NCBI GenBank assembly: GCA_003614675.1
Contig: ML002230.1
Span: 1 to 64,000 of the forward strand
Length of the DNA stretch: 64,000 bases
Source of the DNA: Dimargaris cristalligena
Taxonomy: Eukaryota
Direction of reading: 5' to 3'
A program made the translations under genes and the position numbers. Each line of letters starts with the position of its first letter. Positions within the stretch are counted from its first letter, which is position 1. Shown here one piece after another: positions 23,101-35,257 of the stretch. A model generated the notes under the pieces. That model searched no databases. It was given only the letters and a program-made list of their open reading frames with translations, and was not told the DNA's origin.

Positions 23101-25348
23101 GGGACGAGATCAGGATATTGGGGCTTTCACTCATTTTCAGGACCAATTCGATCAGGTGGCTGAAGTAGTCCGGTAGGGAGTGACGAGAACTCCGATGGCA
23201 GATATGGTTAATGATCATCTGGCAAGTACCCTGAACCAGCCGCAGCCCACAGGCAGCCTCATCGGAGTCGTCGTCAGCCCGGGTTTGGTGGTAGTGCTGA
23301 TAGATGGCCGACCACCGGGGTAAAATCTCGGGGGTGAGCCATTGACTGAGAAAGTCGTGACGGTCCGCTGCATCAGAGAAGTGGCGGTTGCTTAGTACCA
23401 ACCAGAGCTCTACGGCCAACTAAAAGCGCAGTATCGGAGTGGATTCGATCCAAGGAAAAGGGGGGGGGGAAGCATCATTGTGTTGGGTTAGAGAGGCGAG
23501 TAAGTAACATGGCCTATAGACAGAGTGGGGAGAAGGGGAATTCCTGGATTCCATTTTTTTTTTTTGAATAATACTAATAACCATGGTGGTATAGAGTAGG
23601 CCTAGCTCTTACCTTTTGGAATTCGGGGTAGTGCGTCAATTCCAAGTAGTCGGCTAGGAGAGTGGGCCAATTAATCTCGAGGAGGCCCTTGAGATGGGTA
23701 ATTTCTAGAATGGTCCGGAGGGTATCGAAATGAAAGCGCAGTAGAGCAGCGGAATCGGACGGGAGCGAGAAGTTGGGCTGGACCATTTTAGAGTGGAAGT
23801 CCCGCATGGTGGTGGTCCAGCGGACCAACCAACCCACGTTGTCGGTAAGCACCGGCATCACCGTGACGCTTTTGTTGGCGTGGGACTTGATACCCTTAGG
23901 GTAGGCAAGTTGGAGGGCGGGAGAGCTGAGTGAGACGCAAATAAGGGCATCGGTTAGGTCCTGCTTACGTAGGATAGCCAAGGGATCCTCGAATGGACCC
24001 AGGTCATCGGCAAGATTTTTAATGGCCACCAAACTGATTTCCTGCAAGGTGGGCTGGGGAATGGGTCATGATTATTTTGGGGGAGAAATGAGGAACAGGG
24101 GCCTGTCAGATACCGGGTTAAATCAGAAGGTATACTATGGCATATTGGCCAAGGCAATATGTGGATGTCGAGGTATAGTGATGATAGAGTGGACTTGGTT
24201 GATAACAAATTGAATAATACGGTTTACACTTACGCTGGTGGCGTACATGGTTTGTAGCACTTGATCCAACTCGGGCCATTGTTGGGGCCACAGGCGTTCA
24301 GTCAGACCAGTAAGCAGCTGGGCTACTTTTTCCTTGATAAAGTGCAGTTCATGGCCCTCGGGTTTAAGGCCCTAATCCGGTTGATCCACACAAAATGCCG
24401 AATAGAAGACCCCATGAAACGGATTAGTATTAGCATTGTTAAAGAGGCCGCAGGGAAGACTATTCATCGGAATAAAACCGGAATAACACATGGATGTATT
24501 ATATATATATATATATATATATATCCCGCATGGGGTATTCCGTTGACTTGATACCAAATAAGATCAGGCGATCAAGCCTAGAAATCTAGGGATAGTAGAA
24601 TGCAAAAACAAGCCATACTATCCGAGCCAACCTAAAAAACAAAACAAAATAACATACCTCGGTAGCTAGCTGCACAACGGCATCCCGGATCTGGAGGCGG
24701 TCTGAATCGGAATAGTGGGCGTCGTCCCAGCGGTAACGAATAGTATTTTCGATTAGGGAGAGGCCAAAGTGGCGGGCGGTGTCGGGGTAACCCTGGGCCT
24801 GATGAGCCAGGTGATGGCCGTAGAGGGCGGCCTGAGGGGACTCTTTAGCATTTTCGCAAATCTAATGCAATAACGAATAAGTAGATCAAGGTGAAGCAGA
24901 ACCAGTTAGGTAAGGGGAAGAATGATAGCTACATGTAGAGAAAAGGGCAATGGGGCAAAACCAACCTCCGAGTCACCACCAACCAACCAATCCACCCATA
25001 AAGACGAATAAGCGGGCGGCTAGAACGGGTCAATGGTAGTGAGGGCCTGACTTACTCGCTCGGCCTGGTGCCGCTGCTCAGCGGTCACTTGGGTACCGGA
25101 ATGAACGGTGTTCAGCGCCTGGACGATCTGGGCTATGGCTAGAGGCGGTGTATTTAAGGTGATAGGACAGGAATAAGAGGGGGGATGCATTAAAAGCCAT
25201 TCCCATTTGGGGGTTTCCGAGAGGCTCAACCTATGGCCCGACTGGGGGTTACTCGGCAGGGATGGTAAGGCCACTGGAGCGAGCGGGAAACATTCCAGGG
25301 GTACACACGGGTGGGGGGAGCTGGCTTACCTTGGTTGTCCATGGGCAT
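20118..25348 (-). CDS. MSN5: Exportin-5/Msn5 karyopherin, about 1219 aa; exons 25348-25330, 25138-25056, 24861-24658, 24371-24234, 24053-23613, 23419-21035, 20792-20565, 20279-20118
   Basis: All seven introns are GT-AG and all exons join in frame (3660 nt). Importin-beta/Xpo1-type N-terminus (QRHQAERICE, RHFGLSLIENTIRYRW, FIKEKVAQLL, RLWPQQWP), HEAT-like helical body, and the exportin-5-type motif EISDVTDEIVTENMLRSLT. Confidence 0.85.
24500..24523. repeat. (TA)n microsatellite in an MSN5 intron
   Basis: About 12 TA units; shorter runs also lie near 3036, 38022 and 46229. Confidence 0.8.
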
Positions 25349-26056
25349 TTATGAGGTTGGGATCGAAGGGGGTAGACTAGGACAGGTACCGGGCAATACT
25401 AAAATAGCCGGGAAGGAGTAGAGTATGGTACTAGAAGGGAGTGAGGGCTTCACCGCTCAACGAACCGGGTGGCTAGTTTTATCACCAAATACGAAGAAAA
25501 TAAAAAGGAGGTAGCTAAGCAGAGAGAGCGGGTATTATAGAATAGCAGACAATAGGTCCAAAGAAGTTTAGGGCTGCGCTTGGAGCAGAAATACTCGGAA
25601 TGAAGGGGTTTTTTCAGAGACAGCGGTCAATGGGGCCGGGGCTCAGGGACACAAAGAGTAGCGGAAGGAGAATAACAAAAAGAAACGGGATTGAAACCCC
25701 GCGAAGGACCTACAGGTTGTTTGGAATAAGCGCCACTGTACGAAGAAGGGGTGAGAAGGCTGGGCTATCCCGCAAAGATAAAGGAATGCAACAAAAGGTG
25801 AAACTATTGGAAAGCTAGTTTAAAGGGAACCAAAAAAGAGAGAGAGTAAGGGAATGGAAGAGTTGGGAAAAACGGGGATAACGGGAAAAAAGAGGAAGGA
25901 GGAGAGAGGAGGAGAGGCTGTGCTGTGCTGGGTTGGCCCAGATATAATAAGATGGGTGGTCCAGCCGTGTGACCAAAACTCGCCACTACTAAAACTACCA
26001 ACTGGGGGGTGATTATGGATATATATATAGTATACTATATTATATTATATTGCTAG

Positions 26057-26083
26057 TATTACTATTACTATTACTATTACTAT
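26057..26083. repeat. (TATTAC)n short tandem repeat
   Basis: tattactattactattactattactat upstream of MSN5. Confidence 0.7.
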
Positions 26084-27419
26084 TCACTCCCTCCCTTCAC
26101 TCCACCCATGCTGTATGAAGGAAGGAATCTTTGGCTATTAGTGATGACTGGTCAATACATTGTAGTCATAATGATGCTATAAAACATCCCCAGTTCCTTG
26201 GTCTGGTCTGGTCTGTATAGTAAACAGTGTCGCTGCGGCATTGCAGAGTATAACGGTGACCTTCCCCATGGCAAATGGCTTAGGGAATATCACTTTGATG
26301 TTGTTTACCAACATACCCAACAGACGGGCCCGTCTTAGTTGGGGGAGAAGTAACAGAGAAGAACCCCATTCAAATCGTAATCAAGGCCCGCGGTTGCTTA
26401 CTGTAAGTCCATCGCCGCCACTAAAAGGGACTACTATTGGTGGTTAACGTTGGGTAGGGAGTGTGGCCCAATGACTACTCTGCCCACTCTCGCCTCGTTC
26501 GACCCTTGTGCCATCAGCAGACCTCGTCTCTATACATTCCATGTTTGAGACATAAAATCGCCTTGTATCAGACTTTAAATGGTGCGTTTCGTTAATTTTT
26601 GGGAGGTCTGGGCATTCAGAGTGGGCCCTGTCGGTTTGCAACCCAGAACTGAGACTGTGAAAACCTAAACTTCCGCTCATCTATAAAAATGTGTACTTAC
26701 TTAATGGCGCAATTTAGCCCAAATATACCTGCATGACCATAAATGGGACAGTCAATGGAAGTTTAGTTTTTTTAAAAAAAAACAACAACTAGTAACTAAT
26801 AATAATACTAATCCCATCAACCGGATCTTTCGCTATAATACAGCTAGATCAAACCACCCACATCCTTTTTGTTTATTTTACTTGGCCTGGTGTTGGATAG
26901 AGTGTACTGCAATATGGTAAATAGTAGCGAGAACTGGCGGGGTGCCATCGGAGTCTAATGCACCTCATTGGATCAATCAGGGTGAAAAGGCCCACTATAG
27001 GAACTACTGATACTATCAATGTATTAAGAAGCCTACGACTGGGGGTGGGCGAGATCCTGGTGGACTAGGCCATATATGGAATGGTAAACGTATGGCAGGC
27101 TGCAACCAAAAATGCAAACAAATAAGCTAAATGATCATTTTTTTTAAAAAAACGGGGCTGTTTATTATTAGATACCTATTGGGACTACCGGGGAAGAATT
27201 AAAGCGTAGAAGATGCATGTGTCAAGTAGAAAATAGAAGTGTATGTACGTGCAACAAGACCCAAAAACAATATAAAGAGAACCCATAAAATATTATATAA
27301 AAATCAGGCGGATAAGATGGATGCCGTCAAGACCCCAGCGCACTTGGAGTCAAAACCACCCGGCCTGCTGTAACACTGGCTTTGGATTAGTTTGTGTTTA
27401 AGGGATTCCGTCACCGGGC

Positions 27420-28124
27420 TTAGGCACTGACCAAATGAAGGCTGAAGAGACTGGCAGCGATCGCGGTGGCGACCATGGCACCACTGGGAAGGGTGGACAA
27501 GACACCGGCCGAAACGGACGAAGCCTGGGCGGCGGTAATCTTAAGGGTAGGGACGGGGTATTCCATGGTACCGCTGGTCGTGGCAGCGGTCTCAAACCAG
27601 TCGGAGCTGTTGTCTCCACAGACCTGGATCACGGGGAAGTAAAGCGTCGTTTCGGCGGCGGGGGTGGTCAGCTTCATGAAGAAATCAAAGTAGGCGTCAT
27701 CAGGGATATTGCCACCGGACCACGTGATGGTGTCGACAGTAGTATCCTCGGCGGTGGCCCGGCGGTGTTGGTGGCCGGAACTGGCGGCGGCAGTGGTGGC
27801 CGAGGCGGCTAGACCATTGCCCCCAGTGTAGGTTTGCTTGCTGATGTTGTCGGTGAAAGTGTTGGCGGACGTAGCGCTGCTGGGACGGGTGGTGATGGTA
27901 GTGTTCCAGCCGGGAACGTAGGAGGGTCGGACACTGGTGATGCCCACGGGAATGAGCACGGTCACAGCGGTGGTGGCAGCGCCATCACAGCCATGGCCTA
28001 CGCGGACAGCTACCAAGCCAGAGGAGTTGGAGGCAACCGTGCTGGGAGCCAAGGCGAAATGAGCCGAAGCAGCCGAGAGGCACGAGGCGAGCGCAACGAA
28101 TAGGATTCGGGTAGGAGATACCAT
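27420..28124 (-). CDS. Secreted, probably GPI-anchored YcnI/DUF1775 copper-binding protein (234 aa)
   Basis: ATG at 28124 (MVSPTRILFVALASCLSAASA|H). DUF1775 motifs VRVGHGCDG, VTVLIP.GI.SVRP..VPGW, ITWSGG.IPDD.Y.DF, LYFPVIQVC..DW, P.PTL; Ser/Ala spacer and a hydrophobic C-terminal tail. The ORF-track start at 28427 is upstream non-coding sequence. Confidence 0.88.
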   Translation of the reverse strand: MVSPTRILFVALASCLSAASAHFALAPSTVASNSSGLVAVRVGHGCDGAATTAVTVLIPVGITSVRPSYVPGWNTTITTRPSSATSANTFTDNISKQTYTGGNGLAASATTAAASSGHQHRRATAEDTTVDTITWSGGNIPDDAYFDFFMKLTTPAAETTLYFPVIQVCGDNSSDWFETAATTSGTMEYPVPTLKITAAQASSVSAGVLSTLPSGAMVATAIAASLFSLHLVSA

Positions 28125-29859
28125 TGTGAGGGTGGTGGGAAGAAATAGCCGGGTGGAGTGAGGGAGGGGTGGAAGGTGCTCAGCGTCGCCGGGAAATGGA
28201 AGTAGAAGAGAGGAGAAGGAAAATAAAATGGGAGGGAAATATACCACAATTGGGGAGTGGGGCCGCGGCAGGGGACTTATATAATGGAAGTGCATACAGC
28301 CAGTCCGACTTGGAACAAATGGAAGGGAACAGGCCGTGTGTGAATTGTATGCGCATTTAAGAGGGAGGCTCACCCTTCTGCTGTTTTCTTCGGGTGTTCC
28401 ATACGAGTTAGGAAAACGATTCGCCACCGCAAATGGTACATGATGATGGATGCTCCTTCCCGCTCTATTCTATTATACAGCACTCGTTCATTGCCCCCAC
28501 ACATCCTCATCCACACACTGTCTTTTTAAACGAACCTCGGCCGTTGACTCGACAACAGCCTTGACCAGCGGCGAATCACTCTGGATTAATTAGGCAAATT
28601 GATGGACAAGTTTGCTTAGCTCATTCCAACTGGCCCTCCTCTCATTAGTCCATTCTGAGCCCTTTGACCTCTATAATCACTTCTACATGTCTTCTCCCAA
28701 TGAAACCAGCACTCTCAACCTATAATAATAATAGGCGGCATTTTCTTCACACACACGCACCCCTTGCCTGGCCTTCTATTCCGTGTTCCCGACCTTCTCG
28801 AACCCCTCCGCCCCAACTCTAACTCCCTCATCTATCCTTTTAAAGCAATGCACTAGAGACTTCCCAGGTGCCATTGGTTCGTTCATCTTCGGTCACCCCC
28901 CCCTACGATTGGCCAGTGGGTGGCGAGGTGTGATAGTCCCTTCCCCACTCACACTCACACTCACACCAGCTTCTCCTCACCTCACTAATGTCTCAATCGC
29001 AACAATTGCTTTCCGAAAACTGCCGTAAAGATGACCAGGCGCAAGAGGCGCGTGTAGAAAGATATATTAATGCAGATGTGTATGGAGAGGGTGTATAATA
29101 CTGTCATAGAAACGCAGATACTGACGGGTGTTCCTCCAGTGAGGGTCCCTCCTAACCCGGCCCTCGACTTCGCATCAGACTGTAGAAGAGAGGCCAAAGG
29201 CTAAACCGCTGGGTACGGTGGGCTGAGTCGAGTACCGCCGATGCGAACTAATCCGCACCACCAGGTCCCGTCAACCACAGGTCCACAGCCGGGAACCGCA
29301 CCGGACATGCAAAATATAAGCTATAACGAAACAATAATAATCAACTAGGTTCCATGAGTCTGTGTGTTCGCAGGGAATTTCCCTACAGTCGCCGCCCACC
29401 CAGACTGTAACAAGTCAATAAAAATACTAATGAAACGAGATGGGGTGGGCAATAGGGAGGAGAGGAGAGGAGAGAGATGGTGCAAAAATTAAAATGGAAA
29501 TGGGCGAATCTTTGGACTGTATAGACCCGAGAGGAGTTTTCCCCCAGTGAATGGACGTGTTCCCAACATTTAAAATAAGACGGAAAAAAACATCACACCC
29601 AACTCATCGAGGCTAAACTGAGCTAGGAAAATAGAGGCCAACGGCTGAATACGAATCGACATTTTACCCGAACGTAGTCGGACACTGCAAAAAACCCTCC
29701 CAATATCACCACCAGAATTGCTCAGTTAATCATCGGACTAAGATCAAACTGTTGATCCATAACCATAAAATGGGGGTCTCGGCCGGACGGTTGAGGGCGA
29801 CCGTCTCTCACTGTAGCCCACACGCCCGTCCTGCTTGTTTGTATATTGGCCAACTTCCT

Positions 29860-32800
29860 TTAGGGGTGCTCTTGTCCTAGGGAGTGTTCGGTGGGTCCCT
29901 TTAGGCCCGGATGATTCCCTGCCGATGGATAATGGACCGGTGGTGGAGGGTGGGGAAATGCATGGGGTTTGCTTGCCCCCGACCCTCCGTAATGTCCGGG
30001 GGCGGGGGCCGTATGATAAGCTGTGGCGGGGGATTGTCCATACATCATATTCAGGTGAGGGTTAGTGGGGCCATTGGGCACCATAGTCCCCGAGCCGCCA
30101 CCGGCATGGCCGGGCGGCATCATAATCGGCGGCGGGGCGGCATAATTACCCATCGACCCGGGTAGGCCTCCGTAGGGGGGCCCGTAGCCCATCGGTATAG
30201 TGTGACTCCCATGGGTTGGGCGGCTTTCCCCCGGACTATGGGGATCGTTATGGGGCCAGGCCCCCTCCATATTTACCACCGTAGATGGCCCAGCCCCCCG
30301 ATGATGCGCATGCGGTGGGGGCTGTGGCCCCGCCGTGCGACCTTGTTGTAGGCCCACTGGAACTCCGTACGGGAAGGCGGCTCCGTTGGAATTGACCGGC
30401 CCACCGGGGCTGGGATAAGTTGGGGAATATGGAACGCCGCCCCCTATCTGGCATGCCGTCATCGGACCATTCGGCACCCGCGCTCCCAGGTGGGGAATCT
30501 CAAGTGGCGGGGGGCGACGTGACCCCACCGTAGCTTGCTGGTAGTGAACCCCGGCGGGAAGTGAGTTGCGATGTTGGTTCCCCGGCAGCGGGCCCGCTCC
30601 CCTGGGAACCGCGGGTAGTCCCTTGGCCCGGCGGTGGGCATCATGCGCCGGCGAGGCTACCGGCCGGACCCCGCTAATCCACTCGTGGCACATGGCTTCT
30701 TCGGGGTTCATGCGCCGCTTAGGGTCCCAGTCCAGGCAGCGGAACAGGAAATCGAGGAAGGCTTTATCGTTAGTTTTAAGCACCAGAGCCAGCTGCTTGG
30801 TCCCGGGCCGGCGCTTCTTGCCCTTCGAGTTAACGTATGGCCGCGGTTGCCCCGTTGAGTCGAAGAATTCGCTCCGCCGGGAGGCCTGCTCAACCAAATA
30901 GCCGGGGGGGATCCCGAGCACTTCCATGATGCACGACAGTTGGTCCTGTTCGTTCTCCCCGGGGAATAGAGGGTACCCGGTGAGCAACTCAGCCAGAATG
31001 CAGCCGAAGCTCCACATATCAATCCCCATACTGTAGGTCATACCCAGGATCACTTCGGGTGACCGGTAGAAACGACTTTGGATGTAAGTATAGATGCGCT
31101 CGTTTTCGAAGCAACTACTGCCGAAATCAATCACCTTGATCATCGACTGATTAGGGTTCTGCAGCAGAATATTTTCCGGCTTCAAATCACAGTGAATCAC
31201 CTTGTGACGGTACAGGAGCAGCAGGGACTGGAGCAGCTGCATCGCAAACTGCCGGATCAGGGGGATCGGGAAGCCCTGGAAATTGTTGCCCTTGATAAAC
31301 TCGTACAGGTTAATCGAGAGCAGCTCCGTCACGATACAGAGGTGGTTCCGGAAATTAAACTGATCTACGATATGAATCACGTGGTGCGTGTTGTCCGCGT
31401 CCCACCGCCGGAGCATTTCCAAAAGCTTAATCTCAATCTGGGCCTGGCAGTGGAACCGTTTCTTGTTACGGATAATTTTGACTGCCGCCTGTTGACCCGT
31501 CTTGTGGTCCAGAACCCGAAGGACCTGGCCGAATGACCCTTTGCCCAGGGTCTCTAGAATCTCGTATCGGTACATGAGGTGGTCGTGGGTAATGACAATG
31601 TAGTCGCCCCGATCATCATCAAACCCGGAATTATAGGTGGGCTGACCCTTGGGAGCAATTCGTTTGCGGGCGTTGGCCCCGTAAAAGTACACTTGGGGAT
31701 ATTCCATAATTTCGGCCCGCTCGTGGTTGGTCAAACACCGGGCATACGAAGACAGCACCGCCTGGGGAGTTAGAGAGGCACCGCCGTGAGGGGAGGGCTC
31801 AATACCGGGGGCGGGGGCCTTGGCGGATCCCGTTGGCGGGGTGGGGCCGGTGGGCGGCATGGGCCGGACAGGGGCCGAGTTTGGGTGGCCCTTGGTGGCG
31901 GAAGGTAGAAGATTGGGGTTAGGTACATTTATGCGCACTCCCGACTTATTCATCAGGGATGAGTTGGAGGTGGAGGTCGTCAGGCCTCCCTTGCTCTGAC
32001 CCGGGGGTCGGTACGTCAGGTTGCTTGTCTTATGGGGAATGGACGGCGTTGTGGTAGTTGCTGCTGTCGATGACGCATGGGCGGTATTAATGGGGATGGG
32101 GTGGGGTTTAGAGGTGGCTGCACTAGTCGCCGCTTCCATTCGCTTCCCTCGGGCCCGCGACTCCGCTGGTGCGGATTGGAGAGTCGACCAATGACTCAGG
32201 CCCCGCGGAACCTTAGTGGTACTAGTCACCGGGGCCGACGTGTGGGTCGAGATCGCTGAGGATGATGTTTTAGGCCCCAGGCGGCTCCGGGGTTCGGTGG
32301 ATCCGGCGGAGGTACCCGTCACCTGGGGTGGAGTTCCAGTAGACGACGGAGCGGTGGTGGAATTAATGGGGGAATCGGAGATTGACGATGAGCCCGACGG
32401 TGTAGTACTGGCCAGGCTAGACGGTTCCGCCTTACTTAACGCCTTGGACGGTTGGTGGGTGCTGGCCCGCGAAAACCGGCGGGAGTTCCAGTCTGCCGGT
32501 CGGCGGGGTGGATCTCCAGAGGTCTCTACGGAGCCCGACGGCTGGCGCAACTGAGAAGCCGGCGGCGGTCCAGACTTGGGGGTATGGCTAACCACTTCCG
32601 TAAGTCCGTAACGCCGGGGTTGCCGCCGAGACCCGTCTGTAGAGCCCGACGCAGTGGTGGGCGAAGCGGTAGTAAGTTGGACCCGGGGAAGGGTACTTTG
32701 GGAGGACTTACTGGCCAATTTGCTGGGCCTACTGGTCCCCAAATCCAGTTTGGAGAGCCGGTTGGTTAGGCCGCGGGGGCCCGAGTCCACCGTGATGGTC

Positions 32801-34608
32801 GCGTGACCCGAGGTGTCATCACCCTCCTCCCGGGTAAAGGTTGATTTGCGCCGGGCGGTCTGCACTTTGGCCCCCGCGGGTTCGTTCGGTTTGCTGGGAC
32901 TGGCGACGAGGGCCGCCTTGCCCGAAATGGGCAAGTCATTGGTGCCGGTATCTACCTTGAAGGATGCCTTGCTCTTTTTGGGTTGGCCAGAATTTTGGAC
33001 TACACCCACTGCGGGTTTAGCCAACTCGGAATCCGGCGGATGGGTGCGCCGGATCGAGTCGTAGCGTTTGTGTAGCTGGGAATTTGAAGAGGCGGCGTGA
33101 GCGGGCGACTCGGCCTGATCCAATCGCCCCAGAGAGCCAGCCTTGGGTATAGAGCGGGTCAACGACGAACTAATCTCGGACTCGGGGAAAGGCCGGGATC
33201 CTCCGTCTAGACTAGCTTTACTGGGCTGACTGTGGGCACTATGATACCCATCCACGTCTGAACTCCGCGCACTGTCGGGGCTGGCGGCAGGTTGGGACTC
33301 CGATGGGAGCCGGTAGTTAATTTGGGCCTGCCGAAGGCTGTTCTTGGTGGGGGGCGAGTACAATTGCCCGGACACGGTCATTGGGCCTTCGACGGCGTAG
33401 GTTGACGACGGTGGCGAAGTCTGGCCGGCAGGTGAGTGCGTGGTCTGATACGATACGCGGTATGGAGAGGTAGGGGTAGGCTGAGGATTAAGAGAAGGGA
33501 GCCGTTCGACACTAGTTTTGGAACGAGGGGGACGGGTCATATCGGACGGTAGGGGCGGCCGCGACGGACCGGGAAGCTGGCCTGCTGTAGCGGGGGGAGT
33601 GGAGGTAGACAGCTCCGAGTCACTATTGAGGGCTAGGGTTTTGATGATCTGGGAAAACTCGCCGCTGCGCGGGCGAAGGGTAGCGGCCCGCCGGATACTC
33701 AGACGACTCGTGGACCCGGATGGTGGTGGAAGGCCTTTGGCCCAGGTGCCTGCCTGAAGGGGCGAAATGACGGAAGGTGGTGGATTTTCGGTCTTGGGCT
33801 CGGAGGCGGTCGAAGAAGGTGGAGGGATTGCCGGGGGTTTGGTTTCCCGCCGGACACTTGTATTTTTGAGTAGGGATTTGATATCCGTACTGGCGCGGCC
33901 CAGAGTACGGTGCAGTGGCTCACGAGGGGCTGGGAACCCTGAGCCGGTCCCGAGACGATTGACGGCACCAGGATCGATGGTGGCGCGGTTTGATTTGGTT
34001 CGGGCGGAAGCCAGATGGTGGTGCGGGGGGTCTCGAAGCCCGATACTACCGTTGGCTTGACGGGCGAATTTAGTTAAGTTCGAAGAGGGCACGAGACTTT
34101 GGCGGCGGGAGCGCTGCAAATGACTCAAGTGGGATACTGGGCCAGCGCCTTCAGTCAGGTTAGATGATTCGTTGGTTTTAGGCGTCGTGCTGGACTCGCC
34201 GGTGCGAATTGGACCCGTGGAGCGGTGGTTCGATGGAGGGGAGCGCCGAATCGGTTGGGGCAAGGCGGAGTAGCGTCGACCGGACCCACGCAGGCCGATA
34301 TTGGAGTCCCTAAATGGAGCGAGCATAATCGGAAAGGGGAGGCGAGTATCAGTATAAAGCACGTCGACGTGCACGAGTTAGTCAGGGTGGCCAAGTGATT
34401 GGGAAGGGGTCTCCAACTGTCAGGCGAGGCGGGCTCAAAAGAAGGAAGGGTGGTGAACGCATACATTCACCGCGGCCTAGTGGTCGCCTCCTATATTTTC
34501 CCTGCGGTTGGCTCCACGGGTCAGCGGTCATCTGCCGCACCTGACCAGCCGGCTTTAACGAAAACGAATAGCAACTTACTTGTCCAGGACAGGCAGCGTG
34601 CTGCTCAT
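29860..34608 (-). CDS. Class II DYRK (DYRK2/Pom1-like) dual-specificity kinase, about 1492 aa; exons 34608-34580 and 34309-29860
   Basis: NAPA/DH-box region (LTNHERAEIMEYPQVYFYG, GFDDDRGDY, HDHLMYRYE), GKGSFGQV, HCDLKPEN, DFGSSC, YTYIQSRFYRSPE. A short exon 1 (MSSTLPVLDK) joins in phase 2 via GTAAGT at 34579, CTGACTAAC branch and TTTAG at 34310. Long S/T/P-rich disordered N-terminus. Confidence 0.93.
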
Positions 34609-35257
34609 CGTGGGGAGGGGCAGATTAAGCACCCGGTGGGCGGTAGGGCCAGGATAGCGAGAGGAAACTGAAAAGGCACCCGGATTGTGAGATGCAGCAA
34701 CTAGAAAGAAAGAGACGAGCTAGACAAAAGGATGGGTAGACATGGACGAAGTACGGGGCAGAGGCGACCAGGATGGGCCACGAAGCCCAGGGCGATATAG
34801 ATGTCGACGAAGTAACAAAGAGGGGATGAGAAGAAAGACGAGGTCGGCGAATCCGCCAATGGAGCACTGACGACGAAAGGGTAGCAACAAATAACAAAAG
34901 CCGCTCAGTTCCCCGCTGAGTTTTAATCGCTATATCGTCGACCCCGGGAGGGCCGCCAGGGTCACCTGACCCGCGTCCCCTGCCAACGTGCCCTTCCTCC
35001 CTGTGCAGGCCCCCCAGGGCTCGCACACAATGAGTGACTTGGTGATGGTTACCCAAACCACCCAGGTAAGGCTCCCTCTCCCATTGACGAACCACTGAAC
35101 AAGGTAGAAGAGATGCTCGTGGACCCTGCCCATCCATCGGCCTGAAATCTTAGCCAGCCGTAAGGCCTACTTCGGCGTACTCCCCCCTTTGTAGTCGTCC
35201 GTCCCCGTTTCTGTTCCAACTATCATTGTCCCAAGACCCGCCCTCACCGTTCGCACC

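Noticed and set aside
28125-28427. 101-aa N-terminal extension of the YcnI ORF in the ORF track
   Set aside because: It has a non-ATG start and is pyrimidine-rich UTR/promoter sequence; the signal peptide begins at ATG 28124.
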